64,000 nucleotides of DNA from Lysobacteraceae bacterium (GTDB taxonomy: Bacteria > Bdellovibrionota > UBA1018 > JAGTJX01): positions 460,358 to 524,357 of the forward strand of contig JAGTJX010000001.1 of NCBI GenBank assembly GCA_023657465.1, in the 5' to 3' direction. The notes below the pieces were generated by a model. The model was given only the letters and a program-made list of their open reading frames with translations, was not told where the DNA came from and did no database searches. Positions 18,513 to 29,772 of the stretch are shown here, in pieces. Every line of letters starts with the position of its first letter. Position 1 is the first letter of the stretch. A program made the translations under genes and the position numbers.

Positions 18513-19913
18513 CTAGCTAAAACGTTTTGCAAATTCATTTAAATGGGAAACTCCGATAACTTCACACTCTAAGCTTTTTGGTATGCGATCGGTCATGGTT
18601 TTTGGAACGATGAGTTTTTTATAACCAAGCTTGGCAGCCTCTTCGATTCTCATTTCCATCTGTGACACCTTGCGTACTTCACCTGTAAGACCGACTTCGC
18701 CAAGAAACAGTGAAGATTTCGGTAATGGAATGTCTTTGAAACTTGACCAAATTGCTGCGATTGCACCGAGATCACACGCTGGCTCAGAGATCTTGAGTCC
18801 ACCTACGACATAGAAGAATAAATCTCTCTGAGAGAGTGAGATCCCTAAGTGTCGTTCACTAATCGCAGCAAGGATTGAAAGTCTATTGTGATCCAGACCT
18901 ACTGAGGTCCTTCTTGGCATCGCAAGAGGGGAAGGGGCTACGAGCGCTTGAAGTTCTACTAGTATCGGACGCGATCCTTCGACAATCGCTGTGACTGCAG
19001 TGCCTGACAGAGGTGTCGGGCGTTCTGATAGAAAAAGTGACGATGGGTTTTTGACTTCCTTCAATCCTTCGCCATCCATTTCGAACACCGAGAGTTCGCG
19101 TGAGCTTCCGAATCTGTTTTTCACTGAGCGGAGCAAGCGGAATGACATTCCTTCGTCTCCTTCGAAATAGAGAACGGTATCGACGAGATGCTCGACGACC
19201 TTGGGGCCTGCGATTGAACCTTCCTTGGTCACGTGACCAACAAGCCATACAGAGATTCCTGCAGATTTTGCGAGAGTCATAAGGCGAGATGCGATCTCTC
19301 TCACTTGAGAGACGCTTCCCGGAGGAGAGTCGATCTGAGAGCTAGAAAACGTTTGAAGAGAATCTAGAACGAGAATTTCTGGTTTTACTTCACGAACGAG
19401 GTGGAACACAGCTTCGAGTTCGGTTTCTCCTGCAAGAAAAATTTGTGAATCAGGAGTGACTCCAAGACGAGTGGCTCGCATGCGGATTTGATCGACTGAT
19501 TCCTCCCCACTCACATAGAGAACTCGGTGACGATCGCCGACTGCGTTTGCCATCTGAAGGAGGAGCGTACTCTTACCGATTCCTGGGTCGCCGCCTAGAA
19601 GGACAAAACTATCAGAAACCAATCCTCCGCCAAGGACTCGGTCCAATTCTGAGATACCGATTTGTATTCTTGCTTTGGGTTTACTTCCAGCGTTGAGATC
19701 GCCCAGTCTATGAGCCTTGTGTTGCAGAGTGCTTACTGTGTCTGTACGGAATTCTTGGCGGATCGATGAGATAGAATCTTTCTGGTCTCCTCCACCATCT
19801 AGTCTCTCTTCGACAAGTGAGTTCCAAGTTTCGCAACTGGGGCATTTACCCATCCACTTAGTCGAGTTTGTGCCACAGTTTTGACAAACAAAATGTGTTT
19901 TCATTTTTGCCAT
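18513..19913 (-). CDS. radA: DNA repair protein RadA/Sms
   Basis: C4 zinc finger CQNCGTNSTKWMGKCPSCETWNS, Walker A GGDPGIGKST, KNRFG motif, Lon-like C-terminal domain. Confidence 0.95.
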   Translation of the reverse strand: MAKMKTHFVCQNCGTNSTKWMGKCPSCETWNSLVEERLDGGGDQKDSISSIRQEFRTDTVSTLQHKAHRLGDLNAGSKPKARIQIGISELDRVLGGGLVSDSFVLLGGDPGIGKSTLLLQMANAVGDRHRVLYVSGEESVDQIRMRATRLGVTPDSQIFLAGETELEAVFHLVREVKPEILVLDSLQTFSSSQIDSPPGSVSQVREIASRLMTLAKSAGISVWLVGHVTKEGSIAGPKVVEHLVDTVLYFEGDEGMSFRLLRSVKNRFGSSRELSVFEMDGEGLKEVKNPSSLFLSERPTPLSGTAVTAIVEGSRPILVELQALVAPSPLAMPRRTSVGLDHNRLSILAAISERHLGISLSQRDLFFYVVGGLKISEPACDLGAIAAIWSSFKDIPLPKSSLFLGEVGLTGEVRKVSQMEMRIEEAAKLGYKKLIVPKTMTDRIPKSLECEVIGVSHLNEFAKRFS

Positions 19914-19941
19914 GCTGAGAATTGCATATCATAATATTCCT

Positions 19942-20337
19942 ATGGGACGAAGGCGTTACGGTGATGATGACGAAGATGAGAAGGAAGACTTAAACCTTTA
20001 TAAAGGTGCCAAGCAGCGGCAAGAATCTGGACCTCCTAAGGCTGTTTCCTCTGAGAAGTACGAAGACCAGCTTGAGCGTGCGGAGCCAATGATTCAGCAG
20101 CTCAACAACTTATACAATCAATTCATTTCAGGTGCAGAGAGGCAGCCTCCTATTGAACGTAGGAAGCAGCTTGATCAACTCATGGTTGGATTGCAGCTTG
20201 CCTCTAAGCCAACTCCTGCAGTCAATTTCAGATTCCAAACTCTTTGGACTCAGTACAAAACCAACGCAGATCGTTGGGACAAACTCATGCTCGATCTTGA
20301 GTCAGGCAAAATTAAAAGAGTTGTGGAACGGAAATAA
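19942..20337 (+). CDS. Hypothetical protein with an acidic N-terminus
   Basis: Open frame with a plausible internal start MGRRRY; the ATG at 19912 would overlap the radA start codon. Confidence 0.35.
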   Translation: MGRRRYGDDDEDEKEDLNLYKGAKQRQESGPPKAVSSEKYEDQLERAEPMIQQLNNLYNQFISGAERQPPIERRKQLDQLMVGLQLASKPTPAVNFRFQTLWTQYKTNADRWDKLMLDLESGKIKRVVERK

Positions 20338-20809
20338 AATAACTCAAACTCAGTGGCGTAAGAATCACTTGCGCATTGTTTGCGACGTTTCTTGAGAATT
20401 CTACTGTGGGCTTGAAGATGAGTTGGTCTGCAATTGCGAAGCGCTTCCCGATTTGTATTCCGTAAACGACTCCAGAAGTCAGTACTACTCCTACGGTGTC
20501 TCTCTCCCATCCGAGAATAGGTCTTATGAACCATGCATTATTCCAGTTTTTTGCAGTGAAGTGAATCGTCATAGTCGCTGCAATTTTAAAAACAGAACTC
20601 ATAGATGTGAGTTGAAACGTAGAGAGCACACCGAGTTGATAAGTCTTAGAGTTTGATACGGCTTGTGATGCATCAAATGTGAGATTCCCTGAGAAAGTCG
20701 CTGGAAAAGTGTAGGTAGCTTGTGAGCTTGTTGCGACACCGATCTCTGTGTTTTCGTTTTGTGCGTGAGCACCATTAAGAGGAAGTATCAGTGCAAATAT
20801 TAGAAGCAT
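20312..20809 (-). CDS. Small outer-membrane beta-barrel protein (hypothetical)
   Basis: Signal peptide MLLIFALILPLNGAHA from an internal Met; alternating amphipathic strands; C-terminal aromatic ...VPQLF. Confidence 0.45.
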   Translation of the reverse strand: MLLIFALILPLNGAHAQNENTEIGVATSSQATYTFPATFSGNLTFDASQAVSNSKTYQLGVLSTFQLTSMSSVFKIAATMTIHFTAKNWNNAWFIRPILGWERDTVGVVLTSGVVYGIQIGKRFAIADQLIFKPTVEFSRNVANNAQVILTPLSLSYFISVPQLF

Positions 20810-20916
20810 CTTGGTGTTATCCAGTTGTGGCATGCTTGTGGCATTGAATTGGAGCACTAAACTTCTAAATCCATGCCACAAGCATGCCACAGCCTTATAG
20901 CAGAGAGAGAGAGGGT

Positions 20917-22920
<2,004 letters not shown>

Positions 22921-22947
22921 CTAGTTCTACATCAAAATAGAAAATAA

Positions 22948-23598
22948 TCACTCTTTAGCTGGAGTGATGGATTCCATCGTAGGCAAGTCTTTGTGCTTCG
23001 CTTCAGGCTTCTTCACTTCTACTTTTTCTTCCTCAGCTGGTTCTACTGTGGGTTCTGGTTTTGGAGTCACCTCCTGAGTTTGAACAGCACCGCTGTTGCC
23101 ACCACCGAGTGCGAACTTCACACCCACCATAGGTGTAATCGTATTGACCCACCCACTTGCAGTGCAGATTAAGTAGTCGACTTCCACGCCTATTTTGAAT
23201 TTGTCACCGAAGTAAAATCCAACCGAAGGTCCGAAGATGAATGAGCTTGCAGCTGCGGTTGCTCCATATCCTCCAAAAGACACTGTGGCACTTGTAGAGC
23301 CTAGTCCAAAGTTGACTCCTGCAAAGAGGCCGGAGATTTGAATTTTGAACTGACCCAATAAGTTGAGCTGGCCTGTAGAGATCGTCAGTCCACTACTTGT
23401 GGCACTAGGTCCACTTAAGTTTGTGATTTTTAATCCAGAGCTGAATGAACCAAAATAAAATGTCCCACTTGCACCGTAAGTAAAATAGTTCAATCCAGGT
23501 GCGAAATAGTTCATTGTGAGTCCACCATGGAGTCCGAGGTCAAACGCATGGGCTGCTGGTGTTAGTGTAAGCGCCAGAATTGCTAATAATTTTTTCAT
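22948..23598 (-). CDS. Outer-membrane beta-barrel protein with a Pro/Glu/Lys-rich C-terminal tail
   Basis: Signal peptide MKKLLAILALTLTPAAHA; Gly/aromatic-rich strands; tail VTPKPEPTVEPAEEEKVEVKKPEAK. Confidence 0.5.
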   Translation of the reverse strand: MKKLLAILALTLTPAAHAFDLGLHGGLTMNYFAPGLNYFTYGASGTFYFGSFSSGLKITNLSGPSATSSGLTISTGQLNLLGQFKIQISGLFAGVNFGLGSTSATVSFGGYGATAAASSFIFGPSVGFYFGDKFKIGVEVDYLICTASGWVNTITPMVGVKFALGGGNSGAVQTQEVTPKPEPTVEPAEEEKVEVKKPEAKHKDLPTMESITPAKE

Positions 23599-23607
23599 TT
23601 CAATTTC

Positions 23608-25155
23608 CTAGAAATAATAAATCAACTTAGGCGATACATAAACTAAGCGATGATTAAGAGTATGAGTCGTTCCGAAGGTCGCTCCGTGAGAGATCACGTC
23701 GATTCCGACTCTCAGTTTTAATCTTGAATGGAACCAGTAGTAACCTCCTAAGAAGAAACTCACATCTGTGATCCCGCTCACTGCAGAGAGCGCGGTGCCA
23801 CTAGCGGTCCCTACTTGATCAGCTGCACTCACAGACTTCAATAATCCCATGTTGAGTGAGGCTAACATTCCGTAATGAGGTCTGAGTGGTAGATCCGTGC
23901 CCACGCCTAAGAAGACGCTGCCGAACGATGCGCCTGCCATCACATCAGCGACTGATGCAGGGAGAGCATAGCTATTAGACATGTATCCCATCTTGATGAA
24001 GACCTTAGGTCCGAAGAAATCAGGAGTGAGATGAATCTGATATCCCAGGTTCCCGCGGAATCGGAAGTAGGATCCAGAGACCCCTGCAGTTTCAACGTTC
24101 GTAGTGATGTCTTTCTGAGTATATCCAAGAGTATTGAAGCCAGTTGCGATATCGACGAAGAAGTTACGATTGAGCCAGAGCTCACCTTCGCCCAGCAAGC
24201 CCAAGGACATTCCACCACCTGTTTTACCAACTCCACCAACAGAACTGTCTGAAAAGTTACGAGAGAAACTTCCAGCAGAAAGTGTTCCAGCTATATATCC
24301 CAGCTTAGGGATATATGGCCTTTCAAACTCTTCAACAGGTTTTTTAGCTTCTTCTTCAGGTTCCTCTTCGTGAGGGATGAAGGCAGTGATCTTCTGTAAC
24401 CTGGTGATTTCCTTTTCTTCTTCGAGATCCATCACTTTACAAAAAGCGATGTTTTCGTCGGACTCTACTACTTTCAATCTTCCGATTTTGACGAATTGCC
24501 AATCGACAACTGCTTTTGAGAGCGGGTGAATTTTTACGTCTTCGAGAGTTTGTACAATGAGCATATCGCCCTTGAAGACGCCGTTTTCTTTTCCGACGTT
24601 GACGGTGACGGTCTCACCGTCGCGCCCTGTGATGTGACCCTTGAATGGCATCTTAGCGAATAGCTTTGGTAGCTGGCGCTTGATTTCGCTTTTCAGTACA
24701 TCAGTAAGAATCGAAGCAGAGGATTCTGCTTCAGATACACTGAACTCATAAGATGCAAGGATCTGTGCTTGAGGGAGTCTGACCCATTGCCATTCGACTC
24801 TGTAGCTTGTGCCTTCTTTGTAGATTTTTGTTTTGATGAGGGAGTTAATTTGGAATGCTTTTCCGATTTGAGCGAGGATTCTTGCATCATCAATGAGCTT
24901 CTCATAAGCGAGTTTTGAACTTCCTAAGAGAGCATCAGCCTTGGACACATCTTGATACTTGAATCTACTTTGTTTAGAAAAATATTCATTGAATGCTTCA
25001 GCGACTGACTCTGCAAAAATTCCATCAGAGTTATCAATGGATCTTACGGTACCGATTTTGTCTAAGAGGAATTGACGATCTAACTCTTGAGAAGCGTGAC
25101 CTACTCCGATTTTCAACACCACTGCGACAACCCAGAGCGCAGTTTTAATTGTCAT
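23608..25155 (-). CDS. Hypothetical outer-membrane protein: N-terminal periplasmic domain plus C-terminal beta-barrel
   Basis: Signal peptide; acidic linker EEEPEEEAKKPVEEFE; C-terminal about 230 aa of amphipathic strands ending ...LIYYF. Confidence 0.45.
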   Translation of the reverse strand: MTIKTALWVVAVVLKIGVGHASQELDRQFLLDKIGTVRSIDNSDGIFAESVAEAFNEYFSKQSRFKYQDVSKADALLGSSKLAYEKLIDDARILAQIGKAFQINSLIKTKIYKEGTSYRVEWQWVRLPQAQILASYEFSVSEAESSASILTDVLKSEIKRQLPKLFAKMPFKGHITGRDGETVTVNVGKENGVFKGDMLIVQTLEDVKIHPLSKAVVDWQFVKIGRLKVVESDENIAFCKVMDLEEEKEITRLQKITAFIPHEEEPEEEAKKPVEEFERPYIPKLGYIAGTLSAGSFSRNFSDSSVGGVGKTGGGMSLGLLGEGELWLNRNFFVDIATGFNTLGYTQKDITTNVETAGVSGSYFRFRGNLGYQIHLTPDFFGPKVFIKMGYMSNSYALPASVADVMAGASFGSVFLGVGTDLPLRPHYGMLASLNMGLLKSVSAADQVGTASGTALSAVSGITDVSFFLGGYYWFHSRLKLRVGIDVISHGATFGTTHTLNHRLVYVSPKLIYYF

Positions 25156-25499
25156 CAGGTGGAGCCTATCTTCTCCTCATAAATCGCCAGCAGCATCTTG
25201 AGCTCAGTGAGTTCTTCGTGTGCGCGCTGGAGTTCAGTTTCCAAAATTTGAATTTGACGTTCTTGAAGATGTGAAGCTTTTTCAGCAGTTGAAGTTTCTG
25301 GAGCAGCATCTGTGGACACTTGCGAAGTGAGGCGTGCTGCACTCGCGTTCGGATCATAAATGAGGTAGCGTCCTTCCTCTAGACGGTACAAAATTTTGTT
25401 AGATTTGATATGGCGTCTCAGCGTTGACAGACTTGTGCCTGTCTTAAACGAATAATCGACCAAAGGAATCCAATTGCCTAATACTTCATCACTATGCAT
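25155..25499 (-). CDS. Excisionase/MerR-like HTH (HTH_17-type) DNA-binding protein with a C-terminal coiled coil
   Basis: WIPLVDYSFKTGTSLSTLRRHIKSNKILY resembles a helix-turn-helix; heptad-rich C-terminus; stop overlaps the start of the downstream OMP gene. Confidence 0.45.
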   Translation of the reverse strand: MHSDEVLGNWIPLVDYSFKTGTSLSTLRRHIKSNKILYRLEEGRYLIYDPNASAARLTSQVSTDAAPETSTAEKASHLQERQIQILETELQRAHEELTELKMLLAIYEEKIGST

Positions 25500-25538
25500 T
25501 ACGCGCCCTCACGCATTACTTATTGTATTTTCTAATCT

Positions 25539-25557
25539 ATTTGCTTCACAAGCAAAT
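25539..25557. promoter_or_regulatory. Perfect inverted repeat ATTTGCTT-cac-AAGCAAAT in the divergent intergenic region; candidate operator
   Basis: 8-bp arms and a 3-nt spacer read directly; lies between the HTH regulator gene (minus strand) and the patatin gene (plus strand). Confidence 0.4.
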
Positions 25558-25587
25558 TCAAGTACCCTCCATAAATAGAGAGTAGCC

Positions 25588-26847
25588 ATGGACCAAGCAT
25601 CTAGCGTCAAAAAAAAGACACTCATCTCAAAAAAGAAAAAAATCGCGTTTGTATGCTCAGGCGGAGGGGTTAAAGCCGGAGCGTTTCACTTAGGTGTTGC
25701 TCTAGCACTCCAAGAGAAGGGTTTTAAGTTTGCAGGAGGGCTAGAAGCAGCCAGACCTAAGGATAGTTTACCGAGTCCCATGGAGATATCCGCTTATGTC
25801 GGGTCGAGTGCGGGTTCGATCATCGCGTGTTACTTGGCTTCAGGCTACAGCCTAGAGAACATCTTCAATTCATTCCTCGATCGCACATCTGACAATCCGC
25901 AAGACCAGATCCCTAAGATTCTACCGAAGCTCACCTATCCCATACTCTTCAGGGTCCGTCCCGAAATGGCGAAGGAGCAGTTGAAGCAAATCGGCATCAT
26001 TAAGGACATCATCGGACACTTGATGAATGGAAACTTTGAGAGCTTGCTTCTCTTTAATATGCTTAAAATATCAGGGTTTTTCAGTACCCAAGGGCTTGAG
26101 GAGTTCCTGAGAAACGAAGTGCTTCCTTCTAATCGATTTAGCGACTTCTATCCCGAGCTCTACATAGTTTCTACTCAGCTCAATCACTCAAGGAAGGTCG
26201 TCTTCGGCAAACACACGCAACCTTCTCCTCCTCATGATCCATCTTGTATTTATATTGATGACGTCAGAGTCTCCGATGCTTGTGCTGCGAGTGCCGCACT
26301 ACCACCGCTCTATAGTCCGTATTCAATCGAGCTTTCAAACGGAAAGTCCTACTTCTTCACCGATGGTGAAATTAGAGACACGATGTCGACTCACGTCGCG
26401 GTCGATAGCGGAGCTGATCTCGTGATCGCAAGCTATACACACCAGCCCTATCACTTCACACCTGAAGTGGGTTCACTCACAGATCTCGGAATTCCGGCAA
26501 TCATGATTCAGTCGCTCTATCAGGTGATCGAAGCCAAGATTAATAATTACATCCACAACAAAAAGGTACAGCGCAACGCTATCGATGCTGTTTCTCAGTT
26601 TTGTAAGGAAAAAGGCCTCGCGGACTCAGTTCGAAACGAAATCGTGGAGATCATGGAGAAGCAGCTGCATCACAGGATGAATGTAGATACGATTTACATT
26701 CATCCTGATGCTCAAGACCCAAAGATGTTCATCAAGGAACACTTCAGTCTCTCACCCAAGAAGATGTCCGACATTGTGCGCAGTGGATTCCGATCAGCAA
26801 TTGATATCCTGCGAAATTACGAGTTCGAAGACAATCCATCAAAATAA
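25588..26847 (+). CDS. Patatin-like phospholipase
   Basis: Oxyanion motif GGGVKAGAFHLGV, nucleophile elbow GSSAGS, and a catalytic DG(E) (FTDGE). Confidence 0.8.
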   Translation: MDQASSVKKKTLISKKKKIAFVCSGGGVKAGAFHLGVALALQEKGFKFAGGLEAARPKDSLPSPMEISAYVGSSAGSIIACYLASGYSLENIFNSFLDRTSDNPQDQIPKILPKLTYPILFRVRPEMAKEQLKQIGIIKDIIGHLMNGNFESLLLFNMLKISGFFSTQGLEEFLRNEVLPSNRFSDFYPELYIVSTQLNHSRKVVFGKHTQPSPPHDPSCIYIDDVRVSDACAASAALPPLYSPYSIELSNGKSYFFTDGEIRDTMSTHVAVDSGADLVIASYTHQPYHFTPEVGSLTDLGIPAIMIQSLYQVIEAKINNYIHNKKVQRNAIDAVSQFCKEKGLADSVRNEIVEIMEKQLHHRMNVDTIYIHPDAQDPKMFIKEHFSLSPKKMSDIVRSGFRSAIDILRNYEFEDNPSK

Positions 26848-26904
26848 ATTTTGTGCCACAGAAATACTCTGTTATTCTCTCACGATCTTCTCGGGGGGGA
26901 ATAT

Positions 26905-28242
26905 ATGAAAATTCAAATCATATCAGCTGTCACAGTAGCTCTAAGCATCGGAGCCGTTCAAGCATCAGAAGGACAAATTCTAGTAAAATACAAAAGCTCA
27001 GTACCAAACGTAAGAGTGCAATCGAGTGCAGCAGCTTCGATCCAATCTGTTCTTGGTAGAGCGGCAGTCTTGTCGATGAGACAAGTGAAGACAGACGCAT
27101 CGATTCACGTCGTTGAGCTCGATCAATCAAAAGATACCGACGCAGCGATTCAAGCGCTGAAGGCAAATCCAGATGTTGAGATCGCTGAGAAAAACTTCAG
27201 AATCAACATGTATCAAGACAAGTCTAAGCCAGCTGAAAAGCTTCCAGGTACACCGAATGACGAGCTTTTCTCAAAACAATGGGGAATGCAAAACATCGGA
27301 CAAGTGCTCGGCAGTTCATGGTCCAAATCTACAGGCACTGCAGGCGCTGACATCAATGTGTCTCCTCTTTGGGCTAAGGGTATTACCGGAAGCCAAGACA
27401 TCATCGTTGCAGTAATCGATACAGGTATCGATCTCACTCACCCTGATCTCGTTGGAAACATTTTTGTGAACAAAGACGAAATTCCTGGCAACGGAATCGA
27501 TGATGACAATAATGGTTTCATTGATGACGTTAATGGTTGGAACTTCGTAGATAAGAACAATAAACCATCGGATGATCATGATCACGGTACACATTGCTCA
27601 GGCGTTATCGGTGCTACTGGAAACGACAAAGTCGGCGTAACTGGTGTGAACTGGAAAGTTAGAATCCTTCCTTTGAAGTTCTTGTCTGCTAAAGGCGGAG
27701 GAACTCTCGAGGGCGCAATCGACGCAATCAACTACGCAACCATGATGAATGCAAACATCATGAGTAACAGTTGGGGAGGTGGAGAACGTTCTGATTTACT
27801 CTTCAACGCGATCAAAAGCGCTCGAGACAAAGGCATCCTTTTCGTAGCAGCAGCAGGTAACGACAAAGCTGATAACGACAAGAATCCTCACTATCCATCC
27901 AACTACGAGCTCGACAACGTTATCGCTGTTGCAGCTATGGATAACAAAGACAACTTAGCTTCATTCTCTTGCTATGGAAAATCGACTGTGCATGTCGCTG
28001 CTCCTGGTGTTGATGTTTTCAGCACCGTTCGCGGCGGCAAATACGGAATGATGAGCGGAACATCAATGGCGTGTCCTCACGTTGCAGGTGTTGCGGCTCT
28101 CACTCTCAGTCAGAACCCATCACTCAGCTACAAAGAGCTCAAACAGCGTTTGATCTCTGGTTCTATTCCAGTTTCAAACATCACTGGAAAAGTTTATGCC
28201 GGTGGTAGAGTCAGTGCTGAGAATACAGTTCGCGGACTGTAA
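26905..28242 (+). CDS. Secreted subtilisin-like serine protease (S8) with an N-terminal I9 propeptide
   Basis: Signal peptide; catalytic triad VAVIDTGID / HGTHCSG / GTSMACPHVAG; Asp-rich Ca-binding loop; start taken at the internal Met after the G7 tract. Confidence 0.9.
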   Translation: MKIQIISAVTVALSIGAVQASEGQILVKYKSSVPNVRVQSSAAASIQSVLGRAAVLSMRQVKTDASIHVVELDQSKDTDAAIQALKANPDVEIAEKNFRINMYQDKSKPAEKLPGTPNDELFSKQWGMQNIGQVLGSSWSKSTGTAGADINVSPLWAKGITGSQDIIVAVIDTGIDLTHPDLVGNIFVNKDEIPGNGIDDDNNGFIDDVNGWNFVDKNNKPSDDHDHGTHCSGVIGATGNDKVGVTGVNWKVRILPLKFLSAKGGGTLEGAIDAINYATMMNANIMSNSWGGGERSDLLFNAIKSARDKGILFVAAAGNDKADNDKNPHYPSNYELDNVIAVAAMDNKDNLASFSCYGKSTVHVAAPGVDVFSTVRGGKYGMMSGTSMACPHVAGVAALTLSQNPSLSYKELKQRLISGSIPVSNITGKVYAGGRVSAENTVRGL

Positions 28243-28934
28243 GCGCTTACACCACAATAGTTAAACACTTGGTGCCATGTGTGATTCCACAAAGAGTGAA
28301 TCCACATGGCACTTTTGTTTTTAGGGTGTTCGAATTCAAGACTGTAAGATTTGAGTAGTAGATTCCTAATCCCCATCGACTCCATCATCTGATTACACTT
28401 AGAATCGCCGTACATTCTGTCTCCGATGATCGGATGCCTTAAGTGTTTGAGATGACGCCTGAGTTGATGCTGTCGCCCGGTCAGGGGTCTCAGGTGTACG
28501 AGTGATGCTCGCGTTGTCGCGAATTCGGACTGAGTGATAAATGGAAACTCTACTATCGCAATTCGCTCATAGAGAGAGTGAGACTCATTGATTACTCCTG
28601 AGTCTAGATTTTTGAGTGGTTTATTGATTTCTCCGCGCTCTTCAATCCATCCACGTACAAGTGCCACGTAAGTTTTCTTGATGAGTCCTGATTGAATTTG
28701 TTTTCCTAGGTTGGATGCCGACTCTGGATTAAGAGCGAAGAGGACAGCACCACTGGCTGATCGATCGATCCGATGTATCGGATGGACTTGAATTCCTAGT
28801 TGTTCCCTCAGCAGCTTCATGCAATTAATCTTGGATTGATCACGATGTCTGAAATTTTCAGTAGGGTGTACAAACATTCCTGGAGGCTTATCGACGACAA
28901 CGATGTCTTTATCTTGGTAGAGAATTTTAATCAT
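28194..28934 (-). CDS. truC: RluA-family pseudouridine synthase, TruC-like (tRNA pseudouridine65)
   Basis: MIKILYQDKDIVVVDKPPGMFVHP N-terminus, catalytic HRIDRSASGAVLFA motif; the 3' end overlaps the convergent subtilisin gene. Confidence 0.7.
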   Translation of the reverse strand: MIKILYQDKDIVVVDKPPGMFVHPTENFRHRDQSKINCMKLLREQLGIQVHPIHRIDRSASGAVLFALNPESASNLGKQIQSGLIKKTYVALVRGWIEERGEINKPLKNLDSGVINESHSLYERIAIVEFPFITQSEFATTRASLVHLRPLTGRQHQLRRHLKHLRHPIIGDRMYGDSKCNQMMESMGIRNLLLKSYSLEFEHPKNKSAMWIHSLWNHTWHQVFNYCGVSAYSPRTVFSALTLPPA

Positions 28935-29185
28935 TTACAGTAGACGCCGGAGAAACCAGCTACTGTGTTTCCAGCACGTAGTCTTCCTGCGGTGTCCTTA
29001 GCTGATTCAGAGGCGCTGCAACCTGCGCACGGTGCTGAAATATCGCAGACCAGTTTTTTCCACATTGCACCAGAGCTCTGTCTCATAAATTGTGTAATAG
29101 CACCCACTACAACAGTGACCAAAAGTAATGTAAGAACAAACTCAACGACTGCTTGACCGCTTTGTTTTAGTGTTAGAGCCTTCAC
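28931..29185 (-). CDS. Flp/TadE-like prepilin-family small protein, Cys-rich
   Basis: N-terminus KQSGQAVVEFVLTLLLVTVVVGAI (G-x4-EF followed by a hydrophobic helix), as in Flp pilin/TadE; 4 Cys in the C-terminal half; ATGA coupling to truC. Confidence 0.45.
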   Translation of the reverse strand: MKALTLKQSGQAVVEFVLTLLLVTVVVGAITQFMRQSSGAMWKKLVCDISAPCAGCSASESAKDTAGRLRAGNTVAGFSGVYCK

Positions 29186-29214
29186 AGTTCTATTTTAGAA
29201 AGAAAGATGGCCAC

Positions 29215-29772
29215 ATGGCAAATGAGTTTAAGAAGGTTTTAACTCCAATTGCTCTTATTCTTGTTCTATTCTTGGGTGTTTCTGCCTACTTCTACAAGAA
29301 TTACGGATCCAAAATCAGTTCTAAAGAATCTGTTAACCTCAAACTAGGTGAAATCGTTCCCGATTTTTCAGTCGAACGACTCCCTGGACGAGAACGGCTT
29401 GATTTGTATCAATCAAAATCAAAAGTGACTTGGATTCACTTCTGGGCAACGTGGTGTCAATCTTGTGTCGTAGAAATGCCTGCAATCGAGCGCGTCTTCA
29501 AAAAATATCAGGGAGCGGACTTAGATCTCATCGCCGTCACATTAGATGAAGATCCTTTTGTCGATGTACCTCCGATGATCAAAAAACTAAAAACGACTTT
29601 CCCGATTTACTGGAGTCCCGATCAAAGTATCAGTGAGGTTTTTGACATTTCTTTTATTCCTTTCAGCGTTTTTATTGACTCCAATCATAAAATTTTATGG
29701 GTAGAGATTGGTGATGGGGACTGGGATTCAAACGAAATGCATGAGATGATTGATTCGTGGCTAAAAAAATAA
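29215..29772 (+). CDS. TlpA/ResA-like thiol:disulfide oxidoreductase (thioredoxin fold), membrane-anchored
   Basis: N-terminal TM anchor; WATWCQSC CxxC active site. Confidence 0.8.
   Translation: MANEFKKVLTPIALILVLFLGVSAYFYKNYGSKISSKESVNLKLGEIVPDFSVERLPGRERLDLYQSKSKVTWIHFWATWCQSCVVEMPAIERVFKKYQGADLDLIAVTLDEDPFVDVPPMIKKLKTTFPIYWSPDQSISEVFDISFIPFSVFIDSNHKILWVEIGDGDWDSNEMHEMIDSWLKK

Noticed and set aside
19912-19941. ATG at 19912 would start the plus-strand hypothetical gene exactly overlapping the radA start codon (cATGctg).
   Set aside because: Two divergent genes sharing start-codon nucleotides is implausible. The internal Met at 19942 was preferred as the start.
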